DNA of 64,000 nt from Octopus sinensis. Its lineage: Eukaryota. Location of the stretch: NCBI RefSeq assembly GCF_006345805.1, contig NC_043009.1, positions 69,440,001 through 69,504,000 of the forward strand, written 5' to 3'. The translations under genes and the position numbers were made by a program. The notes under the pieces are model-generated. The model had not been told where the DNA came from. It was given only the letters and a program-made list of their open reading frames with translations, and did no database searches. Positions 1-12,151 of this stretch are shown here, one piece after another (the stretch's first letter is position 1; every line of letters begins with the position of its first letter).

Positions 1-8
1 CTTGTATC

Positions 9-143
9 TGTATATTCAAACATGTACAGAATATTGGTTGACACAGAGTACCACAATCCACATAAATATACATTCTTTGGTGACAAGAGCATGTTGAGAA
101 TATAAAAGAGTTTAACAATATTCTGTGCATGTTTGAATATACA
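9..143. repeat. Short fold-back (28-bp inverted arms 9-36 / 116-143), MITE-like
   Basis: tgtatattcaaacatgtacagaatattg is the reverse complement of caatattctgtgcatgtttgaatataca with 1 mismatch. Confidence 0.6.
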
Positions 144-199
144 AAAACAATACCTCTTCAATGTCAATGTAGGTAATGGATGCAGTCTTTTTTCTGCTG

Positions 200-775
200 A
201 GTGATGTTGTCAAAGAAATCAGCTGGGGTCCTTTATCTGCCAGGGACTCAGAGGAGAAGTGAAAACACTCTTGAATTGCGCACTGAGCACTTCACTTATC
301 CATTTGGGGTCCACAGTCAGTGAGCCATTAGGCAGGAATAGGGGTCCTATTTTGTACTGTGCCGTGGCAGTCTCCTTTGCAAATCTATAGAAAGCCTTGG
401 GGTTTGTTTTTATGCTTTCTACTGCTCTCTTCTCCTTCTCCGCTCTCTCCTTTTCATGGTAGAGTTTAATTTTGTTTTCTATTTCTAACAGTGTTAATTT
501 TAATTTAGACCTTTTCCTATCCCCCAAGGTTTCTTATTCAACTGGTTTGAGACCTTTGTTCTGTGTCTCATAAGGATTTTCCTGTCTCTGGGAATTCTAT
601 TGGCATGTTTGCCGGCCTTTCCTTCTGGCACATATTTGGTGCATATGTCTTGTATAGAAAGGCTGTCACGCCAGTTTTGATTTCGAATCTCTTTGCCAAT
701 TGACTTCCAGTCCGCCCTGAGGAAATTCAGGTTGGATATGGCTTGAGTCCTCCCGATGGTGGGGTGGGTGTCAGC
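200..775 (-). mobile_element. Decayed non-LTR retrotransposon ORF2 fragment (endonuclease-RT linker region, CR1/Jockey group)
   Basis: Frames 219-527 and 500-770 give NFLRADWKSI, KYVP and IKTNPKAFYRFAK...IGPL...SEVLSAQFKSVFT, typical of the LINE ORF2 linker; frameshifted. Confidence 0.75.
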
Positions 776-788
776 GGGTTGTCTAGGA

Positions 789-832
789 CCATACATGGTT
801 CTGGGTTCAGTCCCACTGTGTGGTGACTTGGA
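789..832 (+). mobile_element. tRNA-derived SINE head fragment at the LINE/Helitron junction
   Basis: acatggttctgggttcagtcccactgtgtgg has a B-box-like GGTTCAGTCC and resembles the degenerate SINE at 25655-25825. Confidence 0.5.
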
Positions 833-837
833 AGGAC

Positions 838-3800
838 AGCATATGTTCAAAAAGATTTCCAAGGAGGTTCCTACAAGAAACTCAGACAGGTGCTGATGGG
901 TATCCATCATACAGACGCAGAAAACCAGAAGGCGGAGGTTTCACAGCAACTATCGGACAGCACGATATTGATAATAGATGGATTGTTCCATACTGCCCAC
1001 TCCTGTCAAAGACTTTCAATGCCCACATCAACGTTGAGTTTTGCAACTCCGTTAAATCCATCAAGTACGTTTGCAAATATGTAAACAAGGGTTCTGACGC
1101 TGCAATGTTTGGACTTCAACAACAATACTGCCATGATGTGGTGACGCTTTATCAGGTGGGACGGTACATAAGTAGCAACGAGGCTTTCTGGCGCATCTTT
1201 GGCTTTCCAATTCACCCCGCCATTCAACAGCTTGCAGTGCACCTGGAAAATGGTCAAAGAGTGTACTTCACCGATGCTAATGCTTTTCTGTTGATAGATG
1301 AACCAAGGGATAGTACACTCACTGCATTCTTCAAGCTTTGTCAAGTGGATCCATTCGCTCAAACCTTGCTGTATCCACAGATTCCATCGTGCTACACTTG
1401 GAATGGAAAAAAATGGGCCCCACGGAAAGCAGGTCAAAATGTTCATGGGTACCCTGGCATTAAGTTTCACACTTGCCTTGGGCGAGTATACACAGTGCAT
1501 CCCACTCAACAAGAGTGCTTCTACCTTCGTCTACTACTGCATGAGGTCAGAGGGCCAATGTATTTCCAGGCCCTAAAAACCGTTCATGGACATGTCTGCA
1601 CAACATACAGAGAAGCCTGCTATCGACAAGGTCTGTTAGAAGATGGTGCACAATGGGATGCAAGCTCAACTGCTCTATCCTGACATGGAGGGTATCAGCA
1701 ATGAAATCTATAACAAAACACTCATTGACATTGCTAAACTGGGTGGAAATGAATTGTCCATATATGGCCTGCCACAAGCATTCAGGTCAGGGTCAAATAG
1801 CCTTCCCACTGCTGTCATTCGTGAAACAACCTACGACACTCAAGCGCTTTCAGAGTACATTGTTGAAAATGAGCCTAAATTACTTCCGGATCAGCTGCAG
1901 GCCTACAGAACTATTCTTAACAGTGTACGCCAACGCGTGGGACGAACTTCTTCCTCGATGCTCCTGGAAGGACAGGAAAAACATTTATTACAAAGCTTCT
2001 CCTTGCAGAAGTTAGGTAGCATCAGGACATTGCAGTAGCTGTAGCCTCCTCTGGCATTGCAGCTACTTTGTTACCTGGTGGCAAGACAGCACACATAACT
2101 TTTAAACTCCCTCTCAATTTAGCAGCATCCGAAATGCCTTCATGCAACATCAACAAAAGCTCAGATCAGGGACAAGTACTTAAAATGTGTTATCTAATTG
2201 TCTGGGATGAGTGCACTATGGCTTACAAGGGAGTTTTGGAAGCATTAGATAGAGCCCTGAAAGACACCCGAGACTGTCAGGCTGCAATGGGAGGTGTAAC
2301 GCTTCTGTTGTCAGGTGATTTCAGGCAAACTTCCTGTCGTTCCGAAAGGCACTAGAGCTGATGAAGTTCAAGCATGCCTAAAGTCCTCTACCCTGTGGCA
2401 TCATGTTACAATCTTTAGTCTCACCACTAACATGAGAGCTCAGCTACACGGCGACAAAATGTCCACAAAGTTTGCACAGGACATTTTGACACTTGATGAA
2501 GGCAAGATGCCTCTCGATGCTGCAGGACAAATGGAAGTGTGGTCATTTTCCTCTGTTGTTAATTCTGTAGATGACCTCAAAAACAAAGTCTTTCCCAACT
2601 TCACACAAAACTACCAAAATCACAATTGGCTGTGTGAAAGAGCAATATTAGCTCCAAAAACGTCGCTGTTAACAAAATTAATCAACAGCTAATGCATTCT
2701 CTTCCCGGCACTATACACATTTACAAGTCTGTTGATACAATTCCAGATATAAATGAAGTTGTGAACTATCCTCCTGAATTTCTCATTTCCAAGACGTCTC
2801 CAAACAAGTCTGGCATACAATTGCAAAGCGAGACACTGTGATTGTGACGGTGGTGGTGGTAGTGGTGGTCGTCGTGTTGGTGTTGGTGGTCGTGGTGGTG
2901 GTGGTGGTGGTGATGGTGGTGATGGTGGTGGTGGTGGTCATGGTTGTGGTGGTTATGGTGGTAGTAGTGATGGTGGTCTTCGTGGTGGTGGTGGTGGTGG
3001 TGGTCATGGTGGGAGTGGTGGTCGTGGTGGTGGTTTTTGTGGCAGAGTTGTCCTTTGATTGTGAAGCCGTCGTCTGGGTTCTTCCAATTTTTCTTTGTGT
3101 CGGTGGCGGAGTTGGCGTCCATGCTCGCACCTGCACCTGTGTTGCTCCTCCCCTTCCTCCCTCCTTCATGAAGCTGTGGGGAAGGCAGGGTAGGAAAATC
3201 AACGTCGTAAGCGTTGTCAAGGAGACCAGTGACCTTTTCCCCGACGACTTCATGGCTTTCAAGTCGCCAAAACAGAACTGGTTAAGAAAGCCCGAAAACA
3301 AATTTACAAAATGGGGGAAATACGCCACACAGGGAAGGTTTCCCGTGCAAAGAATTTGAACAACCGAATGCTTTAGTTGTTGCACTACTTTTACATAAAA
3401 AATGTTATCCAAACACAAACTTTTGAAGGCAATATTGTATGGCGATGGTACTTGTTGAAATATAGATTTAGTAGCCAAAAGGAGAGAGCAGAGGTATAGT
3501 ATGGTGGTGGCGGTGGTGGAGGTGGAAATAGCGACGGCGGAGGTGGTAGTGGCAGCGGCGGTGGCGGTAGTGGTGGTGGTGGTGGTGGTGGCGGCGATGT
3601 TGGCGTCCATGCTCGCACCTGCACCTGTGTTGCTTCTCCCCTTCTCCCCTCCTTCATGAAGCTGTGGGGAAGGCAGGGTAGGGAAATCAACGTCGTAAGC
3701 GTTGTCAAGGAGACCAGCGTTCTTTCCAACGACGACTTCATGGCTTGAAGACTCAAAACAGAAATGGCTAAGAAAGACGAAAGCAAATTTACAAAATGGG

Positions 3801-4620
3801 GAAATACGCCACACAGGGCAGGTTTCCCGTGCAAAGAATTTGCACAACCGAATGTTTTAGTTGTTGCACAACTTTTACTTAAAAAGTATTATCCGAACAC
3901 AAACTTTTGAAGTTTAGTATTGTCTTTTTTTATTTTTAACGCTTGTGCAAAATTGGATTTGTTTTTGGTGGTAGTGTTGGTGTCACTTGTAGTGGTTGAG
4001 GTTGTAGTAGTGGTGTTGTTGTTGGCAGTTATGGTAGATGGCAAAACGACGATATCGTTGCTGTTGTTGTTGTTGTTGTTGATGGTGGTGGTGGTGACGG
4101 TGGTGGTGGTGGTGACGGTGGTGGTGGTGGTGACGGTGGTGGTGGTGGTGACGGTGGTGGTGGTGGTGGAATTTCTCAATTCACTGGAGCTTCCTGGACT
4201 ACCTCCATGCATATTAGCACTTAAAGTTGGAACTCCTGTAATGCTACCCCGCATTCTGGAACCACCAAGACTTTGCAATGGAACACGACTGGTGATAAAG
4301 AAAATGATGTCACACGTTATCGAGGCGATCATTCTTTCTGGATGTGGAAAAGGTGATGACGTCTTTATTCCAAGAATTCCTCTTACTCCATCAGGAGCAG
4401 AAATTCCACTTACATTCAGAAGACTGCAATTCCCCCTTCGTGTCAGCTTTGCCATGTCCATTAACAAATCTCAGGGTCAAACCCTCTCTGTAGCTGGTCT
4501 TCTCTTGGAAGAGCCCTGCTTCTCGCATGGGAAACTGTTGGCTGCTCAAGAGTAGGAACCAAAAGAAACCTTTTTGTATATGCTCCACAAGGAAAAACAA
4601 GGAACATTGTTTACAACGAG
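838..4620 (+). pseudogene. Helitron RepHel (HUH Rep + SF1B PIF1-like helicase) pseudogene
   Basis: Rep: GYPSYRRR, DNRWIVPYCPLLSKTFNAHINVE, IKYVCKYVNKG. Helicase: FFLDAPGRTGKT (~1948-1983), AVASSGIAATLLPGGKTAH, IVWDECTM, GDFRQ, RAILAPK, YPPEFL|EFLNSL, RLCNGTRL, RLQFPLRVSFAMSINKSQGQTL. Several frameshifts and stops; insert at 2786-4168. Confidence 0.95.
2786..4168. mobile_element. 1.38-kb insertion in the helicase, flanked by a 10-bp direct repeat gaatttctca; contains two ~315-bp units separated by (GTG)n tracts
   Basis: gaatttctca at 2776-2785 and 4169-4178; the helicase reads YPPEFL-NSLELPG when the insert is removed; units at ~3111-3428 and ~3599-3912. Confidence 0.75.
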
Positions 4621-4815
4621 GTGTTATAATCTCAACAGTCAGGGGGTATATACATGATCCCCTTTTTTTAACAAACTTCATGTACTTTCATGTATTTATA
4701 TTAATATACATATGTGTGTGTGTGTGTGTGTGTGTATCCATATATATATATATATATAACAGAAAAGTCTAATTCTTCAATTGAATGTAACCGGGCAACG
4801 CCGGTATCTCTGCTA

Positions 4816-4855
<40 letters not shown>

Positions 4856-4920
4856 TATATATCAATCCATATATATATATATATATCAATCCATATATAT
4901 ATATATATATATATATCAGT

Positions 4921-4956
<36 letters not shown>

Positions 4957-5559
4957 GCCGAACCGATTGACCTGTTTGCTTTGGAATTAATTGAAGAAAG
5001 TCAGGCTTTAAACGAGATCGAACAAAGGAATGCACGATCCATCATTGTCATCTGCAGACTGAATAGCAAAATAATCCAAAATCACCACAAATACCCCTTC
5101 CCCATATAACTACCATTCCTTGCTCTCCTTGCATCGCCGCTCCTCCCCACCAAATACTCATAGAAATACTCCCGTAAGTCTTCCAACCTTCGCACTGGTC
5201 AAAAGGAATCAACATCCCTCTGGTAAACATCCTTTAATGTTATATCACCTGAAGAAATGAATTCATGAAGATGATCCCGCCAATGTCTTCGGATACTATG
5301 GAATACGCTGTAATCATCTCAGGAATACGGACTGTGATCTTAAGAGACATGTAATTTACGGAAACGCGCGTAGCGATGCATTAAATGGACTATTGTTATT
5401 GTTACTATAGTTATCTAACATTATATTGGTACAGCTCGATGCAACCCCCAAAACCGGTTCATTAGTCAGCATCATTAGATTTTGTGGCCGGCATAATGGA
5501 ATGGCAGCTTTATTGGCATATTCAAAACGTTTCCCGGAAACGAATTCTCCCTCTCCCCA

Positions 5560-5590
<31 letters not shown>

Positions 5591-6572
5591 TCAGGATTAA
5601 TCCTGAAAATATTTATGTAACGCACGAACTTATTAATTTTTGACCCATTTGTAGCAGAATGGTAATGAATTTAATGCCAAAATGAAGAGAATTACGGGAA
5701 GACCAATTCCTTGGAGTAATTCCTTTGAAATATTTTTAACATTGGAGACAATCCCTCAGTTATGAGTGTGAGAATTGTTTCCCAGGTTAATGGCAGCCAC
5801 TCAAGTATTGGGTACTTTTATCAGATGTAGCCATAAGTGGGGGAACAGAGTGGAATGCTTTTCTGTAATGAAGCTTCCGAATGGTCCCTTAATGTCGCTC
5901 GAGTAAAAAGAAAATGTATTTTGTGGGAGTCATTATTAAAAGATAATGCAGACACACACATAATACACACAGACATATCGTATATGAATATTTCATTATA
6001 AACTGCTACTGTCTTGTCAAACAGACGCTAGATTAGGGTAAGTTAAGATATATTCTTTATTCGTGGAAAAGTTTGTACATGGAAAAACTAAGGTAGAGAA
6101 GGAGACAGGAGTAGAAGAGAAAAGAGAGAAAAAAATGGAAGGGATTAATTTGTAAAAAAGGTTGTCTTTTACGTCAGTTAGATAAAAATTCAAACGTGTA
6201 TAATTCCAAAAATTGTTTTTGAAATTTGAACATAACTGACGTAAGATTTCAGTTTTTAGTCTTTCGATAGAAATCTGCTTGAGCAGAGCTGACTCGCGAT
6301 AAACACGAAACCCCTTAGAGAGTCAGTGTTGCTGCGTAATGGAGAGTCATTAGAATGTCCAGGAAAAATAATGCTTAGCAAAATTTGTTCCAGCACTCTA
6401 CCCTCTGATTTCGAACAGAATTCTTTGTGACATGGCAATAGTGACAGGCTCACAAATATCACATGGATCAATAATTTAATTAGAGCAACAATACGTTAAT
6501 GAGAGCAGCCTCACAGTTGTATCGATAATGAAAACAAACGGACTTGGAATTGAAGCGGAATAAAATTAGAAC

Positions 6573-6900
6573 ATTCTGTTGTGTCTGGGAAGAGTCATTT
6601 TCTTTTGTGCCTTATAATCTAACACACTCACCGGTAAAATTTCACTTTTTTTCTTATTTTTATTGTCCTAAAATTTTCGTTGCGTCTTGCAACCTTTTCA
6701 ATAGTTTTGCAAGACGCAACGAAAATTTTAGGAAAATAAAAGCAAGCAAAAAGTGGAAATTTTACCGGTGAGTGTGTTACATTATAAGACGCAAAAAGAG
6801 AATGACTCTCCCCAGACACAACAGAATATGCTTCAACACACGAACTCGTATAAAGAATCTTGCAAACCAAATCCAAGAACGAAAAATTAGAACAAAAAAT
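6573..6900. mobile_element. Palindromic non-coding element (arms 6573-6690 / 6707-6826) with hammerhead-like centre; Penelope pLTR-like
   Basis: Long inverted arms; second copy at 42721-43020; the minus strand of the centre reads CTA-TTGAAAA-G-GTTGC-aagac-GCAAC-GAA-AATT-T-TAG. Confidence 0.65.
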
Positions 6901-7458
6901 ACAAAAACCATTGTTTTGGCTGATAATTTGCCCCAAATGGGTACTACTCGGGGCAAACCTAAAACTAAATTCTTCATAGTCGTAACCTTTCCGTCGTTAT
7001 TTCAGAATATGTTTCTCGTACGTTAGATAATGTCGAATTTCTTTTTAAGAGAGGTTTGATTTGGGGAAGATTTGGCAATTCAAGTAGATTGGTTGAGCAG
7101 ATGGAGATCGCCTCATTAGTTTTGCCTTCTGTTCAGATCCATTTAGTTTTCCCCTGTTTCAGGGAGGTCGATAAAATAAGTTACCAGTTATGTCGATTTA
7201 ATGGACTAAACTCTCCTCCAAAATCTTCGCCACACAAAGAAGCTAAAAGGCCAGAGCGAGATGGTTGCGACCTTCTAGAAACTGCTGCCAAATCTTCCAT
7301 TATAACAGCCAACCATTTTCCTCTGAGACAAGGAATATCTTGAATAATGCAGTTCTTAATGTATAAAGCGACGCAATGGTCATATTGTGTGTAACAACTT
7401 TGGTCCTCTCTCTGTTCTCACCTGGCCAGTTTTATGATAACATGATTGGAAGCAAAGT

Positions 7459-7789
7459 GAAGGTGTGTAGCTTAGAGGTTAGGGTAGTCAGCTCACGATC
7501 GTGAGGTCATGAGTTCGATTCCCGGGAGCACGTTTTATCCTTGAGCGAGACACTTCGTTTCACACTGCTCTCGTCCACTCAGATGGCAAAAATGAGTAGT
7601 ACCTGTAATTCCAAAGGGGAGCAGCCTTGTCACAATCTGTGTCCTATGCTGAACCTCACCAAGAACTATGTTAAGAGTATGCGTGCGTGTGGAGCGGTCA
7701 GTCACTTGCATGTGGATTTTACGAGCGAGCTGTTCCGTTGATCGGATCAACTGGAACACTGGTCGTCGTCGTAACCGACGGAGGACCAG
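7459..7789 (+). mobile_element. tRNA-derived SINE, full length
   Basis: A-box-like tagcttagagg, B-box gagttcgattcc; 13-bp TSD ttggaagcaa(a/g)gt at 7446-7458 / 7790-7802; related copy at 58147-58602 (-). Confidence 0.85.
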
Positions 7790-8156
7790 TTGGAAGCAAG
7801 GTAAATAGGAGACCACAATTGAGAACAGACAATACAGTCATAAGTACAATGCTTTCCATTCTGAGATTTATCGATCGTCGCGACAACAACCAGAACAGCA
7901 AAAGGAAATTTGCTATCAATGTATGTAGCACTATAAAAAACAAACAAGATTTCTACATCCGGTACAACTTTAATCGTAATTCTGCTTAATCAGGATACTT
8001 GGAAACAAACAACAAGAGGTGGGCTTATGAGCAAGAATATTCTAGGCGTTACATCACGTCACTTTTCTTCTTCAGTTTGTCATTTTTTTTAAAAGACGAT
8101 ATCAGTGTAAAGAAATACTAATATTTCTAAATTTCTCTGAAGGAGACTACGGCAGC

Positions 8157-8432
8157 GGTACTGGATATCAATAGTTATCACCAAGCTAATATGGCAGTCC
8201 AGATAAATAGGACGAATGCTGTCGTTGATTAGCTCCAAGAGGCCATCGGCTCTAGTTATCTATGTAACACACAAACCCTGACCTCCCCTGTTCGAAGGTT
8301 GTAATGGACACAGGTTTGTGTGTCACATAGCTAGCTATAGGCGATGGCCTCTTGGAGCTCATCAACGGCAGCATTCGTCCTATTTTTCTGGACTGCCATA
8401 TTAGCTTGGTGATAACTATCGATATCAGTGCT
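8157..8432. mobile_element. Fold-back MITE-like element, ~115-bp inverted arms with ~30-bp spacer
   Basis: gatatcaatagttatcaccaagctaatatggcagtccag... is mirrored by ...ctggactgccatattagcttggtgataactatcgatatc. Confidence 0.8.
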
Positions 8433-8642
8433 ACTTTAGCTGCTACTTTTAAAAGATGGAAAAGATTGTCGAAGTTGAAATGACTGGAGAAACTAGAGAA
8501 TCGGATGAGTTGTTGGAACGTCTTCGTTGTGGCTTTCGGTATTTTGAGTTCAAATCCCGCCGAAGTCATCTTTGTGCTTCATCCTTTCAAGATCGATAAA
8601 TAATGCATCAATGCAGAAATAAAATAGTTTCTTTCTTTCTCT

Positions 8643-8676
<34 letters not shown>

Positions 8677-8979
8677 TCAGCTGTGGTTATTTCCTGAGAA
8701 GGATGAACTCCGCTACACCACGGCATGGCTTCTATGACTCTATCAAGTGTTGAGGCCGCAAGTCATGACTATGTTAGACACCCGTAATAGAGAGAGAGAG
8801 GTGGAAGATCGAAACCGGATCACATAATTTACAGTCTCATCACATTTGAATTTCTTAACAAAAGAAACCCTAATTTCTGTTGTCATTTCTCATAAATCGT
8901 CAACAGAAAATAACATTTTGATAACTTTCATCTTCCATATTTCTTTTGCTAGGATCGATTTTGATTCTACCCCAGCTAC

Positions 8980-8980
8980 C

Positions 8981-9023
<43 letters not shown>

Positions 9024-9652
9024 TATTCTTTCTTTCTTTCTTTATTGCTTTCTTTCTTGCTTCTTTCTTGCCTTCTTTCTTCTTATTCTTCTTTTTCTTA
9101 TTCTTTCTTTATTGCCTTCTTTCTTTCTTTTCTTTTATTGCCTTCTTCTTTCTTTTCTTATTTATTTCATTCTTTATTTTATTTTTACTACTTTCTTTAT
9201 TTTTTTTTCTTGCCTTTCTTTCTTTCTTGCCTTTCTTTCTTTCTTTCTTGCCTTCTTTCTTGCCTTTCTTTCTTGCCTTCTTTCTTTCTTTCTTTCTTGC
9301 CTTCTTTCTTTCTTTTCTTATTTCTTTCATTCTTTCTTTTATTCTTTCTTTCATTCTTTCTTTCTTTTTTTCTTGCCTTTCTTTCTTTCTCTCTTGCCTT
9401 CTTTCTTTTATTCTTTCTTACCTTCTTTCTTTCTTTTTTTCTTGCCTTTCTTTCTTGCCTTCTTTCTTTCATTCTTTCTTGCCTTCTTTCTTTTCTTTCT
9501 TTCTTGCCTTCTTTCTTTTTTTCTTTCTTTTCTTTCTTTCTTGCCTTCTTTCTTTCATTCTTTCTTTTATTCTTTCTTTCTTTCTTTCTTTTATTCTTTC
9601 TTGCCTTCTTTCTTTCTTTGCTTCCTTCTTTCTTTCTTTTCTTCTTTCTTCT
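8980..9652. repeat. (TTTC)n-based polypyrimidine minisatellite with recurrent ttgcc units
   Basis: Direct inspection; source of the Phe/Leu/Ser and Lys/Arg/Glu ORFs. Confidence 0.95.
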
Positions 9653-9781
9653 TTGTGTCTCAATCGTTTTGCAGTTTGCTTTCATTCCTTTATTTTCTCC
9701 TCTTCTCGTTTTTCTCTCTTTCCTTCCATTCAGCTTCAACCTCGGTTTTTATTTCTCCTTCTCTCTTTCCTCCCCTCCCTG

Positions 9782-9831
<50 letters not shown>

Positions 9832-10051
9832 AATTAACTCTATCACAAGCTAATATAATTTCGGGTTTAAACTTATTTTGTTCAAAAGGACAACTTTTAT
9901 TTTTTAATTAACGGTTTTAATTAAAATCAAGAAATAGTAATAACAACAACGTCAACAGCATTAGCTACTTTAACAGGAGAGAAAGAGAGGGAGAGAAGGA
10001 GAGGAGTGAGAGAGAGGGGAGAAGGAGAGGGTGAGATAGATAGATAGCGAG

Positions 10052-10099
<48 letters not shown>

Positions 10100-10899
10100 A
10101 TAATTACATCTGACTATAACAGGAAATTAAATATGAAACATGTTTTGAAAAATTTCCAGTAACTTTATAGGAATATTTGACGAAATTTTGATTAAAATAT
10201 AGCGTCGTCCTTTGTCAATTAGAAAATTGAGTGAAACAGTGTAATATACATATATGAATAGAATAAAATCACACCTTAATGATATTGTAATATCTATATT
10301 AACTAAACTATTGTGGTGCCTCAGTTATTGAACCATTGGTCTTGTAAAGCACAACACACGAGATCGATTTTCACTGGAGGGAAGTATTCCCCCCCCCACT
10401 CGTTTGTTGTTGGTTTGAAGGCTTAAGGCAAAGATAGCGATGGTTATGAGAAAGAAAGTAAAAAACACTCATACACAAGAGACGAGTAAATTGAGTCGTA
10501 AGAGAGTTGGAGGGAATATTTTGTGGTATTTGTGGCGATTCTCCGGATTCTCTTTTAAAATTATCACATTTCTAATTTGTGTTTCGGTGTTACTTTCCTT
10601 TTCAGAGGTGAATAATAATGTCAATGGAATAATATTAAGAGTTTCCTCCTCCTCCTCCTCCTCATCATCATCATCATCTCCTCCTCCTCCTCCTTTGAAT
10701 AAAGTAATTTGGTAACTCGGATGGTAATTACAAAAAAAAAATAATAATAATGGAAACTGTTTACTAAATTTTGGTAAAACAGTTTATATCGTAGAACAGA
10801 AGTAAAAAATGGTAAGCAAATCAATAATAACCATTTGTTTTAATGTCAACTACTGAAGACCTAATATACGGGAATGCATCCCAGTCCAGCGGGCCATTG

Positions 10900-11335
10900 G
10901 AATTGGTAGAAAAGATAATGGACCATACACGTAGGTTGAATAGACCTACTATTCTACTGCAATATACTGGAATATACTGTCTCGGATTTAGTGAACCAAT
11001 AATGTATATGGTTAGTGAATAGATCAGTGAACCATAGACATTTGTAGAAAAGCCTCACTTCAACGGTTAATACTTATAGGTGGAATAAACACGAGTTCAG
11101 TGGAGTATCGTGGTTGTGAAAATGCGACTCCTTCAGGGCATTAAAGATCTTTGTGGAATAGTCATTCGTTCAATGGCATATACAGACAAGTGGAATAAGC
11201 ACTGCTTCAGTAGACCATAGAAATAGGTGAACCGGACATGGATTCTGAGGACTATGCTGATATATGGAATAAATACTGGTTTAATGGAATAGATAATGGT
11301 TTAGTCGAAAATACAAGAGGTTGGAAAAATCCTTA
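10900..11335. repeat. Cryptic, highly degenerate ~36-38-bp tandem array
   Basis: GTGGAATA..N..TTCAGTGGA-like motif recurs near 11045, 11082, 11118, 11156, 11192, 11228 and 11266. Confidence 0.5.
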
Positions 11336-11349
11336 CATCTCGGATCATA

Positions 11350-11912
11350 TACAGGGTGCATCAAATTTTTGCGGACCCCGCTTTCAAGATCACCAACTTT
11401 CTTCTACCATTTATTTTAATCTTACTTTTAAAATAATGTCAGGCATCAGGTTGATTCAGCAAATATGAAGACACGCTGTAATCATTGTTCTAAAAGCACA
11501 GCATACTGATACAGGGATGGCTCGGTTCTTGAAAGTTGGTCCCTGCTAAGCAAGTTAAAACACCAAGAGGCTGGAATCCTTTGGTTTTTCTCCGATGAGG
11601 AACTCTTTGATCCTGTCCTAAAGGTAAACCGAAGGAACAAAGACGATAATGAGGTTCCAACGGTTATGAAGACTAAGTTCCCTGCAACTGTAATGGTTGC
11701 GTGAGTCGTTAGCAACAAGGGAGATGCCATGCGAATGTGCGTGATTATGTATGTCTGTTTCGCCCCCAAAGGCCCGGAAACCGTGCATCCTCAAGGAAAA
11801 CGGATTTGATTTTCGAAATCTGTGTTCCAAAGAAAAGATCGTCCATAAATGACATTAAAAAACCAACTATAATTTTCCATGAACTCTCCCATTATCTATC
11901 GCCAGCCGTGTA
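11350..11912 (+). mobile_element. Internally deleted Tc1/mariner-superfamily (maT/DD37D-like) transposon
   Basis: Begins ta-cagggtg; 11545-11735 translates LLSKLKHQEAGILWFFSDEELFD..KVNRRN...VPTVMKTKFPATVMV; homologous to 56163-56495 (-). Confidence 0.75.
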
Positions 11913-11926
11913 TCTCTCTAGATACT

Positions 11927-12151
11927 GCGTTGGCCAAAAGTCACCCGACAGTAAATCAAAATTCCATAAATACTGAATATTCAATTTTATTTATTCTTTC
12001 CAATTATGAATGTTTAATAATTGAGTTAAAATCACCGCTTTTTAAAAACATCTGTCTATATATTAACGAAGTCTCATATAAAATAATTTTTTTGTTTTAA
12101 TCTTGGAATTAAATGGGTTTGATTTACTGTCAGGTGACTTTTGGCCAACGC
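11927..12151. mobile_element. MITE with ~34-bp terminal inverted repeats
   Basis: gcgttggccaaaagtcacccgacagtaaatcaaa / tttgatttactgtcaggtgacttttggccaacgc. Confidence 0.8.

Larger units (their letters stand above)
833..4816 (+). mobile_element. Helitron (autonomous type, 5'-truncated, decayed) with intact 3' hairpin and CTAG end
   Basis: Rep and PIF1-helicase motifs in order; 3' end accgggcaacgccggt (hairpin 4790-4805) then atctctgCTAG (4813-4816) followed by T. Confidence 0.93.

Noticed and set aside
2766-4168. Poly-His, poly-Thr and poly-Val ORFs, including poly-Val fused in frame to the helicase C-terminus
   Set aside because: Products of (GTG)n tracts in the insert; the fusion is incidental and the helicase is pseudogenised
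6169-6244. 12-bp inverted repeat ttacgtcagtta / taactgacgtaa
   Set aside because: Too short to call as an element without other copies
8846-9911. Long Phe/Leu/Ser-rich membrane-protein-like ORFs
   Set aside because: Translations of a (TTTC)n array that is open in several frames
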